A stretch of DNA of 64,000 bases from Candidatus Parcubacteria bacterium. GTDB taxonomy: Bacteria; Patescibacteriota; Saccharimonadia; UBA4664; JBIOIQ01. Positions 8,041 to 16,589 of this stretch are shown here, piece after piece (position 1 is the stretch's first letter; every line of letters begins with the position of its first letter). Under the pieces are notes generated by a model, which did not search any database, was not told where the DNA came from, and saw nothing but the letters and a program-made list of their open reading frames with translations. The DNA lies in NCBI GenBank assembly GCA_963718875.1, contig OY970378.1:947691-1011690 (forward strand), read 5' to 3'. A program made the position numbers and the translations under genes.

Positions 8041-8560
8041 AGGCAAACGGCACCCCCGAGGAGGGGGTGCCGTGAGTGGCCCGCCAAGAAAGCGGCAGGC
8101 CAGTTTGTTTAGGGTGGTCAGCGGATCTGGTAATGGGGCGATTACCGTACTGCGATCCGCCTATCGTAGGGTTTCACACGCCGGATGAGGAACGCCCTCG
8201 TTAAGGCCCCAACTATCGCCACATATGCCCAGAAACCATGGGCCAGCTTTCCAAAAACGTCAAGGCGTTATACTTACTGCACCTGCTGACAATTTCGTCA
8301 GCTCCGCCCGGGCCCTGGTATGCGTATGCCTACGCATACCAGGGTAGATCCCGTTTGGGCCAATCGGCCGTCTGGTCGAGCTTCCGTTCGAGGGTGTGTG
8401 CCGGAGGGACCTGCCCAGGGGCACATTCATGACCCACCAAGAGCCGAGGCGCTTGATACCCTAGGATCCCATTGGACTTGACGGAAGAGCATCGCTTTTC
8501 GCCCGATCGGGGTATGAAAAACGTAGCAAAACTTGACAGAAGTGTCAAGAGAATTTTTGA
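8041..8560 (+). ncRNA. Candidate structured non-coding region (about 520 bp, elevated GC, several perfect hairpins, ends in a terminator); its identity could not be assigned
   Basis: Hairpins ggcaccccc-gagga-gggggtgcc (8049-8071) and ccctggtatgcgta-tgcc-tacgcataccaggg (about 8305-8340); cttgaca-gaag-tgtcaag plus tttttga (8531-8560); the only ORFs are 64-72 aa and unconvincing. Confidence 0.2.
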
Positions 8561-8575
8561 TAAATATTTTTAGTT

Positions 8576-8705
8576 CAGCCTTCGACTATGCTCAGGCAAT
8601 AATTGATTTTTGAAGTCCGACTTTAATCTTAATAGCTTAGCAGTCTCGATTTGAAGTCGGACTTCTGATCTAGGTTTCATTTGAAGTCGGACTTCTGGTC
8701 TGGGT
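8576..8705. repeat. Composite family-C half-site plus an extended family-A element with an extra tandem A arm, abutting the murF stop codon
   Basis: cagccttcgactatgctcagg ... tgatttttgaagtccgactttaatc ... gatttgaagtcggacttctgatctaggtttcatttgaagtcggacttctggtctggg. Confidence 0.8.
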
Positions 8706-10274
8706 TCAGGCGAAGCTATCCGGCCAGTCATTCTGCAGCAACACCACGTCCCCCGCTTTGGTCAGTTTGGGCAACGCCAATAAAGCGCTTATTTCATCGG
8801 CGTAGGTCAACAACTGACCCTTAAAGTCGCCTTCTTTCAAACCAGTTTTGATATATTCCATGACAGACGTTTCAATCAATACCACCACCTCGATACCGGC
8901 CTCTGCGAGCAGGCGCCCAATTGTTTCATGTACTATCTTGGCACGATGGGCAGTTTCGGTGATTCCGGGGGTAACATAAAAGCGTTTGTGTCCCTTTAAG
9001 CTAGCTAAGAAGTTGATTGCTACCCTAGCCCCGTCAGGGTTGCCATTATAGGCATCGTCTATTGTAACCACACCGCTGCCGTCAGTGGATGGCTCCATGC
9101 GGTGTTCAAACGGTTTAGTAGCCGCCAGTCCTTTTTCGATATCGTCCTGCGATAATCCTAAATCTTTCGCTAGTATGGCTACGGCAGCCAATGGCCCAAC
9201 TTGGTGCACTCCTAATAATTGCGACTTAATATGAAGAGTCTCTTTGCCATGCTTCATTTCAAAGTTAGTTCCCTCAAGACCGGTTGAAACTTTGCCTACG
9301 CTCCAGTCGCCAACGCCTTTTGAGCTATAAACTGTGGCTTTGTATTGCTTAGCCCGCTCGGCAGCCAATGAGCTATCGCCGTTAACGTACAGGCTCACAT
9401 TTGTCATCTGACCTTTGACCCCAGATCGAGCCCGGGGCAGGCTATCTGACGCCACGGGCGAAAAACTAGGCTTTGATATCTCAGATTCGGTGCCATCTGG
9501 ATTCAAGGCCTGGTTGGTCTGATTCTGCAGCCAGTCACCCAGCTCATAAATGGTTGAGACTGTGGCGTCAAGTGAACGAAATTTGCTTAGGTGGGCTTCA
9601 TTTATACCGGTAATAACTCCAATATCAGGTTGAACCAAACGGCTGAGCTTAGTAATGTCACCTGGAAAATATTCACCCAGTTCAAAAATTAGGATCTCTT
9701 CGTCGCTTTTTAGGTTTTCGACAAAACGGCTAATCCCTGCCGGCGTGTTTAAATTTCCGGGGGTGGCAGCCACGGCTTTGGCAGTACTCAGTACCGTGAC
9801 TAGCATTTCTTTCATGGTGGTTTTGCCAAAGCTACCTGCAATGGCAATTTTGAAAGCCGGATGATCGGCTAACCGCTTGCTGGTGCGGGCGTCGCGGACC
9901 CTTTCCTGAGGTGTCAAAATGGCAATGCGAGCAATTATGGCCGCCAAGGCTAAACTATATGCCAATAAATAGGGCGCTAAAAGACAAATGATAATTACAG
10001 ACAGCGACCACCAAATTATTAACTTTTGGCTAATGGCAAAATACAGAAGCACCACAATGATGAGCCAAGCCAAGGCAATTTCGAGCCAAACAAACAGCAA
10101 AAAACCTTTGGCGGCGGCCGTCATATCCAGTTTTCGGACGCGGGCTACTTGCTTGAAGTTGCGAGTGCGATGAAACCAACTCAGGTAATCTTGGGGACGG
10201 TACTCACTTTGTTGCAACATGTAAACCAGTGACCTGACAAACTTTAGACTATAGCGGCTAAAAAAATTACGCAT
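8706..10274 (-). CDS. murF: Mur ligase (UDP-MurNAc-tripeptide--D-Ala-D-Ala ligase, MurF-like) with an unusual N-terminal transmembrane extension of about 110 aa
   Basis: AIAGSFGKTTMKEM ATP-binding motif and central/C-terminal Mur ligase domains; the N-terminus has two or three hydrophobic helices (LLFVWLEIALAWLIIVVLLYF..., IIWWSLSVIIICLLAPYLLAYSLALAAII). Confidence 0.8.
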   Translation of the reverse strand: MRNFFSRYSLKFVRSLVYMLQQSEYRPQDYLSWFHRTRNFKQVARVRKLDMTAAAKGFLLFVWLEIALAWLIIVVLLYFAISQKLIIWWSLSVIIICLLAPYLLAYSLALAAIIARIAILTPQERVRDARTSKRLADHPAFKIAIAGSFGKTTMKEMLVTVLSTAKAVAATPGNLNTPAGISRFVENLKSDEEILIFELGEYFPGDITKLSRLVQPDIGVITGINEAHLSKFRSLDATVSTIYELGDWLQNQTNQALNPDGTESEISKPSFSPVASDSLPRARSGVKGQMTNVSLYVNGDSSLAAERAKQYKATVYSSKGVGDWSVGKVSTGLEGTNFEMKHGKETLHIKSQLLGVHQVGPLAAVAILAKDLGLSQDDIEKGLAATKPFEHRMEPSTDGSGVVTIDDAYNGNPDGARVAINFLASLKGHKRFYVTPGITETAHRAKIVHETIGRLLAEAGIEVVVLIETSVMEYIKTGLKEGDFKGQLLTYADEISALLALPKLTKAGDVVLLQNDWPDSFA

Positions 10275-11016
10275 CTATAAACCGTTTCATGGACGCTATG
10301 GTAGCTTTTGGCTCGTCCAAAAACAAATAGTGTCCTGCGCCTGGAAGCACTTCCATTTGGGCGTGGGGGATGGTTTGGTGCAACAATTTACCTCGAGCCA
10401 GCGGCGCATCTGTGTCATGATCTCCCCAAAGAAGCAGGGTGGGGACACTAATTTTGGCGGCGTACTCCCTTTGGTCTTGAGTAATGATGCGACGGTAGCT
10501 TGCTTGCATAACTCCAGAATTCAAATAATCCATGGTGCCGGCATGAGAGTAGAGTCGGGTTTTGAGCCGTCTTGCAATAGCTTGGTTGCGAACAACAAGC
10601 TTTCCAAGTTTTGCCACCACTTTATAAGCCTTTTCCCGTGATGTCGGCTGTGGTCTAACGGCAGAAGCCGCCAAAAGAACCAGTTTTTGCGGCTTAATCT
10701 GCCTGCGGCCAACCAGGTTTACAGCAGTTTGGCCCCCCATTGAATGACCGACTAAAACAGTGGCTTCAATTGATATTTTGTGGCAAAAAGCGCGCGTAAA
10801 AGCAGCATATTCATCTATCCCCCAATCACTGGAGGGGGCCTGGCTTCTACCAAACCCTGGCCAGTCAAACCGCACAACCTGATGTGATTCGTAAAAACTT
10901 TCGGCAACATGGTCATACACCTGCAGGTCCGAGCCCCATCCGTGAAGCATCAACATTACGGGCCCACTGCCATGTACTTGGTAATGTACGTTCAATCCAT
11001 TTAGTATTACGTTCAT
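10267..11016 (-). CDS. Alpha/beta-fold hydrolase
   Basis: HGWGSD and GHSMGG nucleophile-elbow motifs; overlaps murF by 8 nt (operon). Confidence 0.8.
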   Translation of the reverse strand: MNVILNGLNVHYQVHGSGPVMLMLHGWGSDLQVYDHVAESFYESHQVVRFDWPGFGRSQAPSSDWGIDEYAAFTRAFCHKISIEATVLVGHSMGGQTAVNLVGRRQIKPQKLVLLAASAVRPQPTSREKAYKVVAKLGKLVVRNQAIARRLKTRLYSHAGTMDYLNSGVMQASYRRIITQDQREYAAKISVPTLLLWGDHDTDAPLARGKLLHQTIPHAQMEVLPGAGHYLFLDEPKATIASMKRFIDA

Positions 11017-11196
11017 TTAAACTTAATACTAACATACCTTGGAGACGATACTGCCGTCCCCAAATCGAAAAAGCTCATGCAACAGCGATTTGACAATACT
11101 GACGTAAAAACGGAGCTTGGTTTTAACGGTTTTGCCAATGATGACTGTAATACCATGCGGTAGGCTGGTAGCAAGCATTAAGCTAAGGAGGTAACA

Positions 11197-11352
11197 ATGT
11201 TACAAGACCATGACGAAAGCGATTTGAGGGCGGAAGCTGCAGACGCTGCAGACCAAACTGACTTGCCGGCGGGATTTTACGAAGATCTTGACCCGGCTGA
11301 GGTTGACCAGGTAACCGGGGATCAAAAAACTGACGACCGTATCGACCTTTAA
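11197..11352 (+). CDS. Small acidic hypothetical protein (51 aa), below the ORF-track size cutoff
   Basis: Strong ribosome-binding site ctaaggaggtaacaATG; followed at 11371-11400 by the hairpin atcggctgc..gcagccgat plus ttttttat. Confidence 0.4.
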   Translation: MLQDHDESDLRAEAADAADQTDLPAGFYEDLDPAEVDQVTGDQKTDDRIDL

Positions 11353-11370
11353 ACAAAATTTGAAAACATT

Positions 11371-11400
11371 AATCGGCTGCCGAGTGCAGCCGATTTTTTA
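11371..11400 (+). terminator. Rho-independent terminator
   Basis: aatcggctgccgagtgcagccgatttttta. Confidence 0.6.
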
Positions 11401-11478
11401 TGGCTAGAAAAATAAAAGTAGGGTTAGGGAAGATGATTTCGCTTATGGAAATATTAGCGCGTTTTAAGGTCATTTCAG

Positions 11479-12090
11479 CTAGGACAAGGCTGGCACCACC
11501 CGTATATTGCTTTCGCCAGTTACTTGTTTTGACGTAATCACACTTGTGTGTAAGCTACTAATCTCTTGTATCGCATCCTTGTGGGCTTGCCGACCAAAGT
11601 GGCTTTGGCGATATGCGCAATAAAGCGTAAATCTATACTCTCGAGCGAGATTATTCCAGAGTTGCTCCAATAATACAGCTCCGGATTGGTTGTTTTGCTC
11701 CCATAGGACAGAGACCATTTCTCCAAAAGCTTTTACCGTTTGGCCATTACGTGAAAGTCGTTCTATCAACGAGCCAATTATTTCCTCAAAACGCTCCCGG
11801 TTCGGAAGACCATTTACTATGAATTGGTCTAAAGTTTCGGAAGCATTTAAGCAGACCAGGATGTCCTGCTGTTTGGCTTTTGCCAAGTCAAATTTCTTTT
11901 GCTCAAGTAAACCTTCCAGGGCTTTCAAATGAGGAGCAGTCGCGATTACTATACAGGGGTCGCCGTTTTGTAATCCCCCTCCAATAAATTTGCCTAAGTT
12001 TTCATATAGCGCTTTATCCTGATCGTACAGTTCAACAAAATGTTCGTTTTCATAAATTTCGGCTATTGTGTGTGCGTTTCTGGTTTTCAC
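11479..12090 (-). CDS. Putative MEDS-domain (DcmR-like sensory) protein
   Basis: N-terminal EHFVELYDQDKALYENL resembles the MEDS H-x-x-x-F/Y-Y signature; the assignment comes from motif memory only. Confidence 0.4.
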   Translation of the reverse strand: MKTRNAHTIAEIYENEHFVELYDQDKALYENLGKFIGGGLQNGDPCIVIATAPHLKALEGLLEQKKFDLAKAKQQDILVCLNASETLDQFIVNGLPNRERFEEIIGSLIERLSRNGQTVKAFGEMVSVLWEQNNQSGAVLLEQLWNNLAREYRFTLYCAYRQSHFGRQAHKDAIQEISSLHTSVITSKQVTGESNIRVVPALS

Positions 12091-12230
12091 GTGTCCCCTC
12101 TTTATTATTTGGCTAACAGTTTACTTTTAAATCATGCAATATAGTTTGGATAATCATCCAATTATATTGAACTATTTCTTATAGACTTTGTGGTCCCCCA
12201 GACGAGTTAAGAGAAAATTTTATGGTGGAG

Positions 12231-12250
12231 CATAACGGGATCCCGCCACG
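12231..12250 (-). repeat. Partial duplicate of the tRNA-Ala 3' end (tggtggagcataacgggatc), 57 bp from the intact tRNA
   Basis: 20/20 identity with the 3' end of the tRNA at 12307-12382. Confidence 0.7.
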
Positions 12251-12268
12251 GCGGATAAACTTCCCGTT

Positions 12269-12292
12269 GACCTGTCGCCGCGGCGACAGGTC
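12269..12292. repeat. Palindromic direct repeat (gacctgtcgccgcggcgacaggtc), left flank of the tRNA-Ala/GIY-YIG unit
   Basis: Perfect palindrome; a near-identical copy gacctgtcgcctaggcgacc lies at 12660-12679. Confidence 0.6.
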
Positions 12293-12306
12293 TGTTTAAA
12301 AAAACT

Positions 12307-12382
<76 letters not shown>

Positions 12383-12409
12383 CTCAAGTTTTTTCAAAAA
12401 TGTGAGCTA

Positions 12410-12649
12410 CTACAGCCCCATGCTTTTCAATTCATCACTGCCTCTTCCGGTTTTGAGGTACCTTTCTCTGGATACTACTTCTGATCTGGTTTGGAAGTTC
12501 TCAGAGTGAAGTAGAGCGAAGGGCTTATTAAGCTTATCGTAACCACTTTTGCCGGCATTGTGCTCCGATAACCGTTTACTCAGATTATCTGTAGATCCGG
12601 TGTATCGACGCTGATTTTTTTGACTTTTCAGAATATACACATAATACAT
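12410..12649 (-). CDS. GIY-YIG nuclease superfamily small protein (79 aa)
   Basis: MYYVYILKS...RRYTGSTDNLSKRLSEHNAGK is a GIY-YIG core (GIY...YTG...R...EH). Confidence 0.7.
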   Translation of the reverse strand: MYYVYILKSQKNQRRYTGSTDNLSKRLSEHNAGKSGYDKLNKPFALLHSENFQTRSEVVSRERYLKTGRGSDELKSMGL

Positions 12650-12659
12650 AATATTTACC

Positions 12660-12719
12660 GACCTGTCGCCTAGGCGACCGCTCTACCTCCGTCAGCTGAC
12701 GGATGAGCTACTGCCCCGT
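12660..12719. repeat. Right-flank palindromic direct repeat, then the ccgtcagctgacgg palindrome and a fragment resembling a tRNA-Ala 5' end (gagctactgcccc)
   Basis: gacctgtcgcctaggcgacc ... ccgtcagctgacggatgagctactgcccc; the same ccgtcagctgacgg palindrome sits next to the second tRNA-Ala at 14601-14616. Confidence 0.5.
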
Positions 12720-12792
12720 AGTTGTTTTTTAACCAAACTTGGAACTCGGGTTATTCTACCAACTTATAGTTCCGGCAGCAACAGCGGACTTT

Positions 12793-13053
12793 TTAAAAGT
12801 TGGCTAGTTCGGAGTCTAGCTTGGTTTCATCTTCAGTCGGAACATCAAGGTTCTCTTGACTTAATTGGACATCGGCTGACTGAAGATCGCTATCAGACTT
12901 AAGCGTCGCGGTTGGAGTAGTTGCAACAGGCGCAGACGTGGTCGAGCGTTTTGATTTTACTTTGCCTATAACCACCACCAACACTGCTACCACAATTAGT
13001 AAAAGTATGGTCTCTATAATAATTACGCCTGCCTGATTTTTTACTGGTTTCAT
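12793..13053 (-). CDS. Hypothetical membrane-anchored protein (N-terminal TM helix, acidic C-terminus)
   Basis: Start overlaps the stop of the upstream ORF (ATGA). Confidence 0.4.
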   Translation of the reverse strand: MKPVKNQAGVIIIETILLLIVVAVLVVVIGKVKSKRSTTSAPVATTPTATLKSDSDLQSADVQLSQENLDVPTEDETKLDSELANF

Positions 13054-13685
13054 TGAGATACTCCAGTCTTGGTTGTTTCGCCGTTGGCAGCTCTAACAGC
13101 CTTAATCAGCTCTCGTACTGAATCACGGTAGGCTTTTAAGTCACTGCGAGCTAAGGCGGCGCCGGTTTGGAAAGATTTGAGTGTCCCTTTGGGGTTAGTG
13201 CCGTCACACCTGAAGCTACTGGAATCAGTTTTAAGGGTGGAAAGGGTGGCCACCACTTTGTCTTTAGCTGCTTGGATTTGAGCCAGCAAGGCTTGCTCCT
13301 GAGCCACTGTTAAATTTTTCTTAGTAGCAAAATCGCGAACTTTTTGGCTAATATTTTCAAACACTTGCAGCTGTCGCTGAATGTGGACGGTAAAGTTTGA
13401 GGTGTGCTGGCCAATTTTGGCCTCCGCTTGTTGGCACTTTTGCTTTTTAGTACTATCAAGCCTTTCAACTTGTTTAGCCGCCTCAACTCTCTCTTTAAGG
13501 TGCTTGGTTTGTAAGGCACGTAATGCTTCAATCTCGACTTTAGTAGGCTTGCGAATTTCTGTTTCGGTAGCAGAATAAGTAGTTCTTTCCGAACCATTCT
13601 CTTCATTGGCGAGTACAGCTGAGCTTGTGCTCACAACAAGGATGCTCGCCATCAGTAAGCTATGTGTAAATGAGACTTTTTTCAT
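13050..13685 (-). CDS. Hypothetical secreted coiled-coil protein (signal peptide)
   Basis: N-terminal MKKVSFTHSLLMASILVVSTSSAVLA signal-like sequence; heptad-rich. Confidence 0.45.
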   Translation of the reverse strand: MKKVSFTHSLLMASILVVSTSSAVLANEENGSERTTYSATETEIRKPTKVEIEALRALQTKHLKERVEAAKQVERLDSTKKQKCQQAEAKIGQHTSNFTVHIQRQLQVFENISQKVRDFATKKNLTVAQEQALLAQIQAAKDKVVATLSTLKTDSSSFRCDGTNPKGTLKSFQTGAALARSDLKAYRDSVRELIKAVRAANGETTKTGVSQ

Positions 13686-13762
13686 TCAATTTCCTGTTTA
13701 TGCTTAGTTTTAGTTTACTGCTAGTGCTTTAAAAACTCAAATTCTTGAATAACCCAAGTCCT

Positions 13763-14203
13763 TTATCGATGGACGTATTTGATAATAGCCTTGTTTTCTG
13801 TGAGCTCTATGTAAGCAATTTGGTCGTGATTATCTGGCTTGTCTTTAATTGTTGCAGTCGTTCTTTTGCCCACTTGAGGATCTACACCCACTTCTGAGCT
13901 TGACTCCAGAGTCCACCCGACCTTGTCGACGCTAGACTTAAGCTCTTCTAGGGCTAGATTAGCGCTTTTACTTGTGAAGTATGTTCTTTCAATAACTCCA
14001 CATTCCTCCCATCCACCGAAACAAAGGCCAGATATGGAGCCTTTGCCGCTAGTCAAAGCCCAAGTGTGTGGGATGGGAGCATTAAATTTTTTATCTTGAA
14101 AGGCAAGAGCGAGGCTGGCTATAATCGATAAAACAATTAAGATCGATAGTATAGACAGTCCTAGTAAAAGACGTTTTAGTAACTTTTTATTTTTTAAGTT
14201 CAT
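13763..14203 (-). CDS. Hypothetical membrane-anchored or secreted protein
   Basis: N-terminal hydrophobic anchor LLLGLSILSILIVLSIIASLALA. Confidence 0.4.
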   Translation of the reverse strand: MNLKNKKLLKRLLLGLSILSILIVLSIIASLALAFQDKKFNAPIPHTWALTSGKGSISGLCFGGWEECGVIERTYFTSKSANLALEELKSSVDKVGWTLESSSEVGVDPQVGKRTTATIKDKPDNHDQIAYIELTENKAIIKYVHR

Positions 14204-14225
14204 GCGTAGCTATATTAACATAGTT

Positions 14226-14508
14226 CTGGTGAAGCTTAAGGAGATTGTGGCTTCGCCACCTCTCGGAGCCTGCCCCGGACTTGATCCGGGGGTGCTCGAC
14301 ATGAACAAACGATGTTTGTTCATGCTCTCCAGCTCCTCGTTCACCTGAACTCCAAGGGAGTTCTCACTCCCGCATCTCCTGGTGGAGCTTAAGGAGATTG
14401 TGGCTTCGCCACCTCCCTGTGGTGCTCGACATGAACAAACGATGTTTGTTCATGCTCTCCAGCTCCTCGTTCACCTGAACTCCAAGGGAGTTCTCACTCC
14501 CGCATCTC
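14226..14508. repeat. Tandem direct repeat (about 153 bp then 130 bp). Each unit starts with a tRNA-Ala 3'-end-like sequence (ctggtgaagct / ctggtggagct) and contains the hairpin catgaacaaac-gat-gtttgttcatg. It runs directly into tRNA-Ala(CGC)
   Basis: Units 14226-14378 and 14379-14508 are near-identical apart from one roughly 23-bp indel; the ORF-track ORFs 14364..14570 and 14382..14615 are artefacts that span the tRNA. Confidence 0.8.
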
Positions 14509-14509
14509 C

Positions 14510-14585
14510 TGGTGGAGCTGGGGAGATTCGAACTCCCTACCTCTGCAATGCGAATGCAGCGCTCTACCAAGTGAGCTACAGCCCC
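14510..14585 (-). tRNA. tRNA-Ala (anticodon CGC), CCA encoded
   Basis: Reverse complement is GGGGCTGTAGCTCACTTGGTAGAGCGCTGCATTCGCATTGCAGAGGTAGGGAGTTCGAATCTCCCCAGCTCCACCA; G3:U70 pair. Confidence 0.9.
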
Positions 14586-14626
14586 ATAAACTCAATTTTC
14601 ATTTCCGTCAGCTGACGGAGCAATTT

Positions 14627-14833
14627 TCAGTTTTCAGTTTCAGGAGTTTCGGGATTTTCTTGTTTGGGTTCAGTAGCCTCAAGGCGCTGAGACTGCTCTC
14701 TTAGTCTGTCTGCTTCATCGGCTATTTGGCTTAGCCTCTCCTGGTGGGCTTGATCAAGCATCTGACTGATTTCATCCCTCCCCACCTGGGCATTGGGATT
14801 TCCACTTGGATCATTTTCAATACTCATAACCAC
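14627..14833 (-). CDS. Small acidic hypothetical protein (68 aa) downstream of obg
   Basis: ORF only; overlaps the obg stop by a few nt. Confidence 0.25.
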   Translation of the reverse strand: MVMSIENDPSGNPNAQVGRDEISQMLDQAHQERLSQIADEADRLREQSQRLEATEPKQENPETPETEN

Positions 14834-16392
14834 TCCATTTCATTAGTACCGATTCTTATAATATCACCTGGCTCGACTCCATGCTTAATAAGCTCTTTGC
14901 CAACGCCTGTTTTGCGCAAAATGTCGCGCATACGCTCCACAGCATCTTGGTTGTCCCAGTCAGTACGACGGCCATGGCCTTCAATGTTGCCGCCCATCAC
15001 CCGCCAAGAGCCATCCGGTTCTTGTTCTAATTTCCATAAATTTGGAAAATCCATTTGGTCAATAACGGCTTTAGGCTCGGCCTCGGCGGCGGCTTTTCGC
15101 GCCTCTCGTGCCACCATCACTAACTGCGCCGTTCGACGTAACAAAACATCGAGACCCCGGTGAGCTACTGCTGATATGGCGAAAATACTAGTCTTGTCAT
15201 CCTCGACAGAAAGGTCACTCTCATCCACATGATTATTGGCCTTGTCGACCGCTTCTGATCGGGGATCCAGTTGACTAGGTTCCCTATCCGGAGCGAGGTT
15301 GTCTAATTTATGGTTAGTCTCGTCTTCCGATAGGGAATGACGTTTGAGGATGGTTTGTTCGTCTGGATTTGAAATCTGACTTCTGGAGATTACCGATGCT
15401 AGTTTTTCCATTTGACTTTTTAATTCCTCAGCCGTAACTGTTTCGATCTTGGTTAGCACTACCAGTTGCGGACGCTGTGTAAGGTCAACACTGTACGAAG
15501 TTAGCTCGTTTATTATAGTCAGGTAGTCGCGTTCAATGTCGTTTGAGTCAACGCTAATAAGGTGTAGTATTACCGCCGTGCGCTCGATGTGCCGTAAAAA
15601 TTCATCACCTAAGCCTTTGCCTTCGCTGGCTCCTTCAATTAGGCCCGGAATATCGGCTACTAAAAAAGTGTTTTGCTCAAAGTCGACGACACCCAGGTTT
15701 GGCACCAAGGTGGTGAACGGGTAGTCGGCTATTTCTGGCTTGGCGTTACTAATGACGGACAGGAGTGTGGACTTTCCCGCGTTTGGCAATCCTACCAGTC
15801 CAACGTCTGCCACTAGTTTAAGCTCCAAGGCAACGCGAAGTTTTTCGCCCGGCTCGCCTTTTTCCGCTAAATGCGGGGTTTGGCGGACGGAAGATATAAA
15901 GTGTGCATTACCAAACCCGCCGCGGCCACCTTTGGCCACAACCACTTGTTGGCCATCGTCGGTAAGATCGGCCAATACCTTAGCATCGTGAGTCGTGATC
16001 GGAGAGTTGTGAGTTGTCCTTCTATCTGGATTAGAAGTCAGACTTACATCTTTGATGCTTGTAGGACCTGGATTAGAAGTCTGACTTCTAGCCTGGGGCA
16101 TTTCATAAATAACTGTACCTACCGGCACTCTAATAATCATGTCCTGACCACTTTTACCTGCCTTGCGGTTGCCACCACCTGGAGCGCCGTCTTCAGCCTC
16201 TACTTTGCGGTTAGTGCGGTATTTGCTTAAAGTATTTTGGTTGTGGCTTGATTCAAATATAATGCTGCCACCACGGCCGCCATCGCCGCCATCGGCTCCG
16301 CCTTTGGCGCGGTATTTTTCGTGACGAAAGCCCATCTTGCCATCGCCGCCTTTGCCCGCCCGTAATTCGATTTCAGCTTTATCAGTAAACAT
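14824..16392 (-). CDS. obg: GTPase Obg/CgtA, expanded to 522 aa by three in-frame repeat-element insertions
   Basis: Obg fold N-terminus (GGDGGRGGSIIFE), G1 motif GLPNAGKSTLL, C-terminal OCT/TGS-like domain; the extra segments map exactly onto the repeat copies at 15251-15387 and 16025-16096. Confidence 0.9.
   Translation of the reverse strand: MFTDKAEIELRAGKGGDGKMGFRHEKYRAKGGADGGDGGRGGSIIFESSHNQNTLSKYRTNRKVEAEDGAPGGGNRKAGKSGQDMIIRVPVGTVIYEMPQARSQTSNPGPTSIKDVSLTSNPDRRTTHNSPITTHDAKVLADLTDDGQQVVVAKGGRGGFGNAHFISSVRQTPHLAEKGEPGEKLRVALELKLVADVGLVGLPNAGKSTLLSVISNAKPEIADYPFTTLVPNLGVVDFEQNTFLVADIPGLIEGASEGKGLGDEFLRHIERTAVILHLISVDSNDIERDYLTIINELTSYSVDLTQRPQLVVLTKIETVTAEELKSQMEKLASVISRSQISNPDEQTILKRHSLSEDETNHKLDNLAPDREPSQLDPRSEAVDKANNHVDESDLSVEDDKTSIFAISAVAHRGLDVLLRRTAQLVMVAREARKAAAEAEPKAVIDQMDFPNLWKLEQEPDGSWRVMGGNIEGHGRRTDWDNQDAVERMRDILRKTGVGKELIKHGVEPGDIIRIGTNEMEWL
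15251..15342. repeat. Family-B element inside obg (gcttctgatcggggatccag ... ggttccctatccggagcg ... ccgatagggaatgacg)
   Basis: Matches the intergenic B copies at 26516, 32388, 34994, 36237 and 51378. Confidence 0.75.
15362..15387. repeat. Family-A half element inside obg (tctggatttgaaatctgacttctgga)
   Basis: A-family core. Confidence 0.6.
16025..16096. repeat. Full family-A element inside obg (tctggattagaagtcagacttacatc...ctggattagaagtctgacttctagcctgg)
   Basis: Encodes the extra Obg segment QARSQTSNPGPTSIKDVSLTSNPDRRTT between GTVIYE and the KGGRGGFGN region. Confidence 0.8.
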
Positions 16393-16589
16393 TTAGTTCA
16401 AGTTTCATTTAAACAATTTTCATTATCGTTCGAGGAGTCCCCATGGCGAGACGACGAGAGACTAACTGTTACTAGGTCTCACTGCGTTCGAACAATAGTT
16501 TTATTATAGCACGTTACTTGACTTTTAATGATTAAATTAATATAATATTGATACGAGTTCACATATTCTTTTTCTTTGACTGGAGGTCA

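Noticed and set aside
8041-8560. tmRNA or RNase P RNA in the gene-free structured segment
   Set aside because: By eye I could not find a tRNA-like 3' end (GGTTCGANTCC...CCA), a tag-peptide ORF ending ...ALAA, or the RNase P P4 and GGAAAGUCCGGGC motifs. It is left as an unassigned ncRNA candidate.
14226-14508. Possible CRISPR array, given the direct repeats
   Set aside because: There are only two long (about 150-bp) tandem units with near-identical content. No short repeats are regularly spaced with unique spacers, and no cas genes lie nearby. Families A-D are dispersed palindromes, not arrays.
14364-14615. ORF-track ORFs 14364..14570 (-) and 14382..14615 (+)
   Set aside because: They run through the tandem repeat and straight across tRNA-Ala(CGC). 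They are artefacts.
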